Shown here in pieces: positions 10,020 through 17,934 of a stretch of DNA of 32,000 nt. Every line of letters begins with the position of its first letter. The first letter of the stretch is position 1. Source of the stretch: Promethearchaeota archaeon (GTDB lineage: Archaea > Asgardarchaeota > Lokiarchaeia > Sigyniarchaeales > Promethearchaeaceae); contig JAFGBS010000014.1 in the NCBI GenBank assembly GCA_016933055.1, positions 30,001 to 62,000 on the forward strand. The letters run 5' to 3'. The notes under the pieces were generated by a model, which saw nothing but the letters and a program-made list of their open reading frames with translations, had not been told where the DNA came from and searched no databases. Position numbers and translations under genes: made by a program.

Positions 10020-11299
10020 CAAGTTTGGAAGATACAACACTCGAATTGAGAAAAAAATTCACACTGAAATATGCAGAACTTGTCAAATATTTTCCGAAAA
10101 TTCCTGAAATAGCATCTCGTGAGTTCGCATTTTTATTTTGGGATAGAAATTACATGATACGGCATCGAGGGTTTACTAATCCCCAGCACTTACTCTCAGA
10201 ATTGAAAAATATTAATCCAAAACATGTATATCATAGTGCAGCGTTGTATAAAGATCCTGCAAATAAAATCATGAGTGAAAAGGGATGGATGGGTTGTGAT
10301 TTTGTGGTAGACATCGATGCGGATCATATGGAACTTTCATGTCAAGAAAATCATGATTACTACATCTGCATGAAATGCGACTATGTACACCGAGAAAAAG
10401 TCACCAAATGTCAGAAATGTGAAGGTCCCATACGAAAACAGATATGGCTTTGTGATAAGTGCTTGGAAGCTAGTAAATATGAAGTAATAAAACTTGTAGA
10501 TGATTTTCTTCCAGATTTTGGGTTTACTAAAAATGATATTGACCTAAACTTTTCGGGCCATCGAGGGTATCATGTTCATTTGCGGGACAAATTTATTCGT
10601 ACTTTAAGTTCTGAGGAACGTCGGCAGATGGTGGATTATATTACAGGAACAAATTTTGATCCCACTGATTATCTAATATATAAATCGAGTAATGGTTATT
10701 TCATCGGCACCACGATTGATGATGCCGGATGGAAGGGGAGAATTGCTCGGAATTTCCTAAAAATTTTAACAACCCACGATTCCATCGATTCATTCAATAA
10801 GGAATATTCAAAATACAATTTGGATACTAAAATTAAGCAGATTTTATTGAATCCAGATAATCGGAATCAATTAATACACCAATTAACAATTAAAAACCAG
10901 TATTGGACCATAAAAGAGTTAGCAAAAGGAAGCTGGAAAAAAATCAAGGAGTTTCTTATCCAAGTAAGTATGTGCGATATTGACGTTCCAGTATCGATTG
11001 ACACCCATAGGTTGATCCGAGTTCAAGGTTCTATACATGGAAAAACAGGATTTTTGGTGAAACCATTAAATTACTATGATATGGTAAATTTTGAACCGTT
11101 TAGTGATCCAATAATATTTTCAACAGAAAAAGAAGCTTGTATGAAACTGGAGATAAATACTCCTATCTGCCCAGAAATTAGGATTAAGGATATAATTTAT
11201 GGACCGTATAAAAAGCATGAACAAATTGAGGTGCCAGAAGCGGTAGCAATATTTTTAACCTGTAAAGGAGTAGCAGATTTACTATCAAGGGGAAATTGA
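10016..11299 (+). CDS. priS: DNA primase small (catalytic) subunit
   Basis: REFAF, RH..F, DFVVDIDAD catalytic aspartates, FSGHRGYHVH, and IDVPVSIDTHRLIRVQGSIHGKTG. The GTG at 10016 overlaps the priL TGA (GTGA); the track start is 9968. Confidence 0.95.
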   Translation: MTSLEDTTLELRKKFTLKYAELVKYFPKIPEIASREFAFLFWDRNYMIRHRGFTNPQHLLSELKNINPKHVYHSAALYKDPANKIMSEKGWMGCDFVVDIDADHMELSCQENHDYYICMKCDYVHREKVTKCQKCEGPIRKQIWLCDKCLEASKYEVIKLVDDFLPDFGFTKNDIDLNFSGHRGYHVHLRDKFIRTLSSEERRQMVDYITGTNFDPTDYLIYKSSNGYFIGTTIDDAGWKGRIARNFLKILTTHDSIDSFNKEYSKYNLDTKIKQILLNPDNRNQLIHQLTIKNQYWTIKELAKGSWKKIKEFLIQVSMCDIDVPVSIDTHRLIRVQGSIHGKTGFLVKPLNYYDMVNFEPFSDPIIFSTEKEACMKLEINTPICPEIRIKDIIYGPYKKHEQIEVPEAVAIFLTCKGVADLLSRGN

Positions 11300-11938
11300 A
11301 TGGATAAACGAGAATTTAAGACAATATACGAGGAATTGTTATTCAATTGGGAATTAGAATGCAGTTCGGAAGAAATTACGACATTTCCAGAAATGAAATT
11401 AAAGAAATTCCAAAATTTCCAAAAGGAAATTCATCAACTTGAGCATCATGCCCCCCCAACAGATGCCACGGAACAAGATAAAGCAATATTATGGGAACTA
11501 AAAAGAGAAAGTAGTAAGAATATTGATTATATCTTAAACGATCTACTCGCTATTCGTCAGGAGAAAATTATTCGAATGTGTATTGATTTGGAAGTAATCG
11601 ATCTAAAGAACTTAACTTTGTCAGAACAAGATTTTTATCGTAATTTACTATCAGCTTTTAAAGGTTACAAAAAAACTAAACAGTATTACAATGCGATCGC
11701 AGATACATGCTCTGAAGAGGAGAGCCTTATCCCTCCAGAAGAAACATGTGAACCTATGGATGCATCAACTCCCTCAAAAATTGAATATTGTGACGTTCGG
11801 ATTTTAAAAAATTGGTCAGCCTTGGTAGGACCAGATTTGGTAACCTATGGGCCATTTCAAAAAGAGGACATCGTGAGACTACCTAAAAAATCGGCACGTA
11901 TAATGGAAAAGGAGAAAATTGCTGAACTACTTGAATAA
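11300..11938 (+). CDS. GINS complex subunit (Gins51/Gins15 type, A domain then B domain)
   Basis: Helical N-terminal domain, acidic linker, and C-terminal B domain VRILKNWSALVGPDLVTYGPFQKEDIVRLPKKSARIM. Immediately follows priS, as in many archaea. Confidence 0.85.
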   Translation: MDKREFKTIYEELLFNWELECSSEEITTFPEMKLKKFQNFQKEIHQLEHHAPPTDATEQDKAILWELKRESSKNIDYILNDLLAIRQEKIIRMCIDLEVIDLKNLTLSEQDFYRNLLSAFKGYKKTKQYYNAIADTCSEEESLIPPEETCEPMDASTPSKIEYCDVRILKNWSALVGPDLVTYGPFQKEDIVRLPKKSARIMEKEKIAELLE

Positions 11939-12142
11939 AATACTATCATTACAAAATGATATACACTAGAATGATAGGACAAGAATAACAAATTCTTATG
12001 AATTTTTTAGTAATTTGAAGCACCGTTACTTTGATATCTTAGAATTTCTATATGGGTGGGTTTAAAAAAAGTTAAAAAGTCATGAAGGCTTTACCCAGAT
12101 ATAAATCTTTGATTAAAAATAGATATTTAGCGTGAAATATAC

Positions 12143-12529
12143 ATGGCAAAGCGTGGACGCACCGATGCGGATATGAAAATGAAGCGTCGAAAAAGGACAT
12201 CAAGAAAAAAAGAAGCAGATATCAATAAATTGATAAATGTTTGTGTAAAAACAGGAAAAACTGTCATTGGTACACAAAGTGTACTTAACTATATTAATAC
12301 GGATAGTTTTAGAGTGATAATACTTGCTCAGAATTGCCCGGCAAACATTCAATCACAAATTGAAGCTATGATCAATGCTAAACATGAAAACAGGATACCT
12401 GTGTATGAATATCCTAATTCTAGCTGGGAATTAGGAACAGCTGCTGGTAAACCACACATGATCGCTGTAATGGGAATCATCAACCCTGGTGACTCTTCAA
12501 TTTTAGATGTGATTTCACAACAAAAATAA
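12143..12529 (+). CDS. rpl30e: 50S ribosomal protein L30e (eL30)
   Basis: VKTGKTVIG, IILAQNCP, and ELGTAAGKPHMIAVMGIINPGDSSIL. Confidence 0.93.
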   Translation: MAKRGRTDADMKMKRRKRTSRKKEADINKLINVCVKTGKTVIGTQSVLNYINTDSFRVIILAQNCPANIQSQIEAMINAKHENRIPVYEYPNSSWELGTAAGKPHMIAVMGIINPGDSSILDVISQQK

Positions 12530-12572
12530 ATTTTTATAATTCATGGATTTTATTTATGGAAATTGAGGGAAT

Positions 12573-13028
12573 ATGGGATCTGGGAAATCTATAAAATTCC
12601 AACGAGAAGAAATGGAATTAATTCGACTTTTTGATACAATAACGGGTGCAGTAACCTTAGATTGTGTAATTTTACCTGATGGTGAGGATAGTGAACGCGT
12701 CATCTTTATGGTGAATCGACAGGATTTACGAAGAGCTGTGGGTAAAAACGGAATTAATGTTAAAAAATTAAAAGAAAGACTATCGAAAACTATAGAAATT
12801 ATTGCCTACTCTGATGATTTGAACCGTTTTATAGGTTATTTGCTTTATCCGGCAAAGATCACTCAGATCACTGAACAACCAAGGAATGATAATAAAAAAG
12901 TCCTAATAGTGTCTGTAAGGCAAGAAGATAAAGGTTTGGCAATTGGTAAGAATGGACGTAATATCGAAAAAGCTAATACGTTACTACGAAGACATTATCC
13001 AGACATAGAAAGTATCATTGTAAATTAA
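12573..13028 (+). CDS. nusA: Archaeal NusA (KH-domain transcription factor)
   Basis: Two KH GxxG motifs (AVGKNGINVK; AIGKNGRNIE). Conserved position between rpl30e and rps12. Confidence 0.92.
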   Translation: MGSGKSIKFQREEMELIRLFDTITGAVTLDCVILPDGEDSERVIFMVNRQDLRRAVGKNGINVKKLKERLSKTIEIIAYSDDLNRFIGYLLYPAKITQITEQPRNDNKKVLIVSVRQEDKGLAIGKNGRNIEKANTLLRRHYPDIESIIVN

Positions 13029-13177
13029 TCCCCTAATTGCATGAAATCAATGATTCTATAAAACTACACTCTGAGAAGCTTTTATATTACCACCGTTAAG
13101 ATCCGAAAAAAATAAATTCAATCTATTATTAGCACAATTCATTCTGAGTTAATAAAATTAAGAAATAGGTGTAAAAT

Positions 13178-13621
13178 ATTCCAGGTTCAAAATCTCCAAG
13201 AGGTATGTATAGCGCCCGAACATTAGTTAGAAAACGTAAGAAACTTCGATGGAAAGACAGGGCATGGAAACGCTCATTCCTCCAGTTGGACAAAAAAACA
13301 GATCCCCTACAAAAGGCTCCTGCCGCGAGGGGTATTGTACTAGAAAAGGTGGGAAGAGAGTCTAAACAACCAAATAGTGCAATTCGAAAGTGTGTTCGAG
13401 TACAATTACGTAAAAATGGAAAAGTAATAACAGCCTTTTTGCCAGGTGATGGAGCTTTAACTTATATTGAAGAACATGATAGTGTTGTAGTTGAAGGAAT
13501 TGGGGGAGCAAAGGGGAGAGCAATTGGAGATCTTCCTGGAGTGCGATGGAAGGTCATTAAAGTGAACGGAGTTTCTCTGAAAGAACTCATCTACAAACGA
13601 AAAGAAAAACCGATGCGATAG
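13178..13621 (+). CDS. rps12: 30S ribosomal protein S12 (uS12)
   Basis: [22 protein letters not shown] and [10 protein letters not shown]. The track starts at ATG 13205, but the conserved N-terminus PGSKSPRG is encoded in frame from an ATT at 13178 (see findings). Confidence 0.95.
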   Translation: MPGSKSPRGMYSARTLVRKRKKLRWKDRAWKRSFLQLDKKTDPLQKAPAARGIVLEKVGRESKQPNSAIRKCVRVQLRKNGKVITAFLPGDGALTYIEEHDSVVVEGIGGAKGRAIGDLPGVRWKVIKVNGVSLKELIYKRKEKPMR

Positions 13622-13631
13622 AGGCAGAAAT

Positions 13632-14426
13632 ATGGCGAAGAAGAAATCCTCCACGGAAATGGACACGAAAAAAGAAACTATGGAAGAAAAACAAGTAGAT
13701 TCTGAAATACAAGAAAAAGAAGAGGAATTAAAACCTGAGAAACTTGACGAAGCGTTAGATGCAAGTGAACCCGAAGAAGAAGAAGATGGAACATCAAGGG
13801 ATGAAAAATCCAAAAAGAAGAGCACAGAAATTAAACTGTTCAACCGTTGGAGTTTTGAATCATTAGAAGTTCCAGATCCAAGTTTAGAGAGGTATATTAA
13901 TCTTAACCCCGTTATTATTCCTCATTCTGGAGGAAAACACGAACATAAGAGATTTTGGAAAACCCTTCATGTATCTTTTGTAGAACGATTCATTAATAAA
14001 ATTCTTGCACCTGGTCTTGTTCGACGACGCATCAAAGGAAGAGGATCAGCATGGAATGCAGGAAAGAAACAGAAAATCTTAGGAATTATTCAGAATGCAT
14101 TTACAATTATTGAACAAAAAACCGGAGATAATCCCCTCCAAGTACTCATTGATGCAATTGTTAATGCAGCGCCTCGAGAGGAGACGACAAAGATATCTTT
14201 AGGTGGAATATCCTACCAAACAGCAGTTGATATCGCACCACAACGACGAGTAGATCTAGCAATTCGTTTATTAGTCCAAGGAGCTGTGGGACAAACATAT
14301 AATTCCCTCAAAACAATCGATGAATGCATAGCAAACGAAATTATATATGCTGCACGTAATGATCAAAACTCTCGAGCGATTAAACGAAAGGACGAAATGG
14401 AAAGAATAGCCATTTCTGCAAGATAG
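13632..14426 (+). CDS. rps7: 30S ribosomal protein S7 (uS7) with acidic N-terminal extension
   Basis: IKLFNRWS, NPLQVLIDAIVNAAPREE, AVDIAPQRRVDLAIR, and KRKDEMERIAISAR. Confidence 0.96.
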   Translation: MAKKKSSTEMDTKKETMEEKQVDSEIQEKEEELKPEKLDEALDASEPEEEEDGTSRDEKSKKKSTEIKLFNRWSFESLEVPDPSLERYINLNPVIIPHSGGKHEHKRFWKTLHVSFVERFINKILAPGLVRRRIKGRGSAWNAGKKQKILGIIQNAFTIIEQKTGDNPLQVLIDAIVNAAPREETTKISLGGISYQTAVDIAPQRRVDLAIRLLVQGAVGQTYNSLKTIDECIANEIIYAARNDQNSRAIKRKDEMERIAISAR

Positions 14427-14451
14427 AAAGAAAATTTTTTATTTCTTTTAT

Positions 14452-15006
14452 TTATTGGGCTGTTACAATCCCAGAACTGGTTAGAATTAATTCCTTTTTT
14501 GTTTGAGATAATATAATATCCCGCATTGCTTCCATATTAGACCTTTTAATCGCTATCATACCATAAGTCTTTACGCCTAAACGTTTAGAGACCTCTTCCG
14601 GAGTGAGACTACCGACCAAATCTTGCTTATTTGCAATAGCGATGATCTCGCTACCCAATTTTTTTCCGTATTTCTCTAGCATGGTTTTGGTTTCATTAAC
14701 ATTTTTTTCCGATGAATCTGTCACAACAACTGTTAGTCCAGAACCTTTGATCCATTCATCCCACAAAAACTGGAAACGTTTTTGACCCCCAAAATCCCAG
14801 ACCATCACTGATATGGTATTATTTTCGCATTCTTCGAAGTCAATTTTTTCAACATCTACGCCAATAGTTGGGATCCGCTGAATTTGTATTTCCTTTCCTT
14901 GAAGAAGGCGTAGTAATGATGTTTTCCCGACTCCCCCTTCACCGATAAAAATACATTTTGAACCGTTATCGATCATCGTTGACCACAATGTCTTGTAGTG
15001 AGTCAA
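14452..15006 (-). CDS. Small Ras-superfamily GTPase, Arf-like
   Basis: G1 GEGGVGKT, G2 PTIG, G3 WDFGGQ, RFQFLWDEW, and G4 ANKQDL, the Arf-type context. G5 is degenerate (GMIAI). The start is uncertain (TTG 15006 or ATG 14976). Confidence 0.85.
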   Translation of the reverse strand: MTHYKTLWSTMIDNGSKCIFIGEGGVGKTSLLRLLQGKEIQIQRIPTIGVDVEKIDFEECENNTISVMVWDFGGQKRFQFLWDEWIKGSGLTVVVTDSSEKNVNETKTMLEKYGKKLGSEIIAIANKQDLVGSLTPEEVSKRLGVKTYGMIAIKRSNMEAMRDIILSQTKKELILTSSGIVTAQ

Positions 15007-15070
15007 GGGAAAAATAGACGTAAATGGATTTATTTGAGGGTATTATCTAAATAATACAGCACAATATCAC

Positions 15071-16948
15071 TCATTTGTTTTTTTTTTTACTTGCTTTGCG
15101 TATTAATTCTTTAAATACCTGTATTTGTTTTTCTTCCTCGGGTATTTCTACATTTGTCCTATATTCCTCTTCAGTTAGGTGTTGTTCACGTTTTTGTTCC
15201 TCTTTTTGTTTTACCACTCCTGAAATCATCTTAGATATATTCTGGAGCTCTTGAAGTTCTTGTTGCTTACGGAAATCTTCAGCTTGTTTCTGCGCTTTTT
15301 GTTGCTGCTTTTCTTGCTGTTGGACTAGTTGCTTTAATTGCAAATCAGAAAGTTGTTGGTTTTTCAACTTAAGAATTTTCTCAATTTCTTCTTCCATATA
15401 CGGAATCTGTTCAAACCATTTTAGAGTTTTAAATTTTTCAATAGCTTCCTCGTAGGCACGAATAGCACTGTCAAATTCTAAATTCTTTTCATATTTTTTG
15501 GCTTCATCTAAATATTTAAATGCTGTATTCTCAATTGATTGAATAGATTGTTGCTGTTCTTGGAATTTAAGGAGACTGGCTTTTTGAGACTCCTTTTCAA
15601 TATCAAATTCTTTCATGTAATTTATAATTCGGGATAAAAAATCCTCCAATAATGAAATAGCATGATTTTTAATATGTTCTAAAGTTTCGATTCTTTGTTT
15701 ACGTATGTCTAAATTTTTATACAAAATGTCTATGATAGATTGTACTTTCGATTTTTCCTCCGACCATTGCGATTTTTCTATCAAATGATGGGCAACTTTA
15801 TACAACTCAATTTTTCGTTTGGATGACGGTTCATCTGTACCTTCGATTTGGGAAGCATCAGTTATAGTTTCAAATACTTGTTGTTCGTAAGATTTCGTTT
15901 TAGGTTGCAGAGAAGAAGATTCTGTTGAATGGAAGGGTTTACCTTTCTCATTTTCTTTCTCCAATATTTTTTCCTTAAAATATTTACGGATGTCATCACT
16001 AAGACGAATTTTTTCGATATACGCAAGATGCTCTTGCTGTTCCATTAATTCATGCTGAAATTGATTTTCCCTAACCGTAGAAATTATTTCGGTTAATCGA
16101 GATACTCCATCCTGCCATCCTACATTGATAAGATTTTGTGCAGCTTGTTGCAAAATTTGGTAGATAGAGGCATAATTGAGATTATCAATTGCTACTTCAC
16201 ATTCTCGAATAAGCTGGGATCCCCTAATTAAATAGTTATATTGGTTTTTTTTACGCTCATCGAACTCCTTAATACTAATCTTCCGAGACTCAATTTCTTT
16301 TTGGAGAGTTTCTCGACTTTTTCGAAACACATCAAAATCCTCTAATTCTGGTTGAACTATCTGCTTTTGGAGAGATATGTTATAATTCTTTAAGTCTTGA
16401 ACCCATTGATCTATCTGTTCTCGTATTCGTGGAGTATATGATTGCCATCCAATAGAATTCAGCAAAATTATCGCTTGATTATAATTTTTTATTGCTTGTT
16501 CAAAGTTTTTTTGGTTGGCAAGAGTAACTCCCGCATCCATTAAATCAAAGGCTTCTCTCTGGATATTTTCTTCATGCTGTTTGTGCAATTCAAATTCTTT
16601 GAGACTTTGATTTTGGGTGCGATATAACCTTCGGGGGGTTTCTAACTGGGATTTTTCTTCAACAACCGTTGTATCTTCACTTTTTATTGGGATACTTATC
16701 TCTTCAGTGATCGATTCCCGTAATTCTTGGATTACTTCCTGAATTTTTTTAGTGATATTTGTCCATCGCAATTCATTTAAAATATCAATTAATTCCAAAT
16801 ATATCGTAATTGCTTCCTCTTTCTTATCTTCGTTAACAAGAGATTCGGCTTGTTGCAACATCAAAAATGCTTTGTCTTGCAGTTCCCGTACATCACTTTT
16901 ACGTTTTTGTACATCGTCCTTAAATTCCATGGAATTCACTTCTATCAA
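15071..16948 (-). CDS. All-helical repeat protein: five TPR/MIT-like units about 110 aa apart plus a C-terminal coiled coil
   Basis: Recurring AFxxLxxA...F/YxxAIxxYxxAIxxL...W units with Trp at aa 62, 168, 278, 395 and 511. Q/E/K-rich tail. Confidence 0.7.
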   Translation of the reverse strand: MIEVNSMEFKDDVQKRKSDVRELQDKAFLMLQQAESLVNEDKKEEAITIYLELIDILNELRWTNITKKIQEVIQELRESITEEISIPIKSEDTTVVEEKSQLETPRRLYRTQNQSLKEFELHKQHEENIQREAFDLMDAGVTLANQKNFEQAIKNYNQAIILLNSIGWQSYTPRIREQIDQWVQDLKNYNISLQKQIVQPELEDFDVFRKSRETLQKEIESRKISIKEFDERKKNQYNYLIRGSQLIRECEVAIDNLNYASIYQILQQAAQNLINVGWQDGVSRLTEIISTVRENQFQHELMEQQEHLAYIEKIRLSDDIRKYFKEKILEKENEKGKPFHSTESSSLQPKTKSYEQQVFETITDASQIEGTDEPSSKRKIELYKVAHHLIEKSQWSEEKSKVQSIIDILYKNLDIRKQRIETLEHIKNHAISLLEDFLSRIINYMKEFDIEKESQKASLLKFQEQQQSIQSIENTAFKYLDEAKKYEKNLEFDSAIRAYEEAIEKFKTLKWFEQIPYMEEEIEKILKLKNQQLSDLQLKQLVQQQEKQQQKAQKQAEDFRKQQELQELQNISKMISGVVKQKEEQKREQHLTEEEYRTNVEIPEEEKQIQVFKELIRKASKKKNK

Positions 16949-17026
16949 GAGTATTAATGAGTAAGAAATTTAACACATAAAAATATCAAATTGGTATTGT
17001 TACAACTCATTTCGTAAATCAATTAA

Positions 17027-17920
17027 ATGTTGGTTTTTGAGATAATGCACACCATAGATTCTCTTTCGAGTTTTCTGGAAAATCAGACACAGAAAAATGC
17101 TAAATATGCATTTCTATTAGATACAGGTTTAATCATAAAAAGTACTATATCCGAAGAGAATCTTATGCAACTAGTGAAGTTCATCCCTCGTATATGTAAA
17201 GAAGTGAAACCTGGGACTTATTTACATAAATCTAAATTATATATCTATCGATTAACATCCCAATTTATTATTTTTTTGCTAACCAACAAAGAACACCAAG
17301 ATGTCGATGCGATTTTAGAAGAAGTTGCTGATCGTTATTCACTAAAAATCTCTCGAGAGTTCAACCTTCAATCTCAAGGCACTATAGGACACATAATTAA
17401 AACCATTGTGTTTTCAGTAACAACAGAAAGAGGACCCGAGTTGATGGATTGGATGGTAAATGACCACGCTGTTGGAGATAAGGATGCTTATAAAATTGCC
17501 ATGAAAACTATGCTAAATCTAACTGATGAAATTGAAGGGGCAAAAAATCGTGTACTGTTTTTTCAACCATTTCTAAGTTATAATTCCTTAGGTATCTCCT
17601 ATTTATTTCAGATCCCCTATCCTGGAGCACGAGGGGGGGCTTTTGATAGCGCTATCACAATTCTCGTCGATTTTCAGCATCGTCCTATAATATACTCTTC
17701 ATATAAAGAATTAGAAGATATTTTACAAAAATTCGAACCATTAATTGCTAAGAAATTTCAAGAGACCTATATAGAAGACGCTTGTGTGAAAAGTGATGAT
17801 TTTAATGGTATCTTAATTGACTTACACAATCGAATTAATACGATTCAGATGAAAATGGTTGATTCTGAGATATTAATGGATGAAATGTTGGACGCTATTC
17901 GAGCTTTAAACGAATTATAG
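17027..17920 (+). CDS. Roadblock/profilin-like domain fused to a uDENN/longin-like domain
   Basis: The N-terminal ~110 aa fit an alpha-beta-beta-alpha-beta-beta-beta-alpha pattern. The C-terminal domain has IVFSVTTERGPEL and LFQIPYPGARGGAFDSAITILVD, resembling longin/uDENN motifs. Fold inferred by eye. Confidence 0.55.
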   Translation: MLVFEIMHTIDSLSSFLENQTQKNAKYAFLLDTGLIIKSTISEENLMQLVKFIPRICKEVKPGTYLHKSKLYIYRLTSQFIIFLLTNKEHQDVDAILEEVADRYSLKISREFNLQSQGTIGHIIKTIVFSVTTERGPELMDWMVNDHAVGDKDAYKIAMKTMLNLTDEIEGAKNRVLFFQPFLSYNSLGISYLFQIPYPGARGGAFDSAITILVDFQHRPIIYSSYKELEDILQKFEPLIAKKFQETYIEDACVKSDDFNGILIDLHNRINTIQMKMVDSEILMDEMLDAIRALNEL

Positions 17921-17934
17921 GACTGAGGTAAAAA

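Noticed and set aside
13184-13200. GGTTCAAAATCTCC resembling a tRNA T-arm
   Set aside because: No acceptor, D or anticodon arms can be formed, and the bases encode the conserved uS12 N-terminus.
7569-14785. Track ORFs 7569-7763, 9704-9934, 9850-10086, 13457-13843 and 14603-14785
   Set aside because: Antisense shadows. The Ser/Phe-rich 13457 ORF is the mirror of the E/K-rich uS7 extension.
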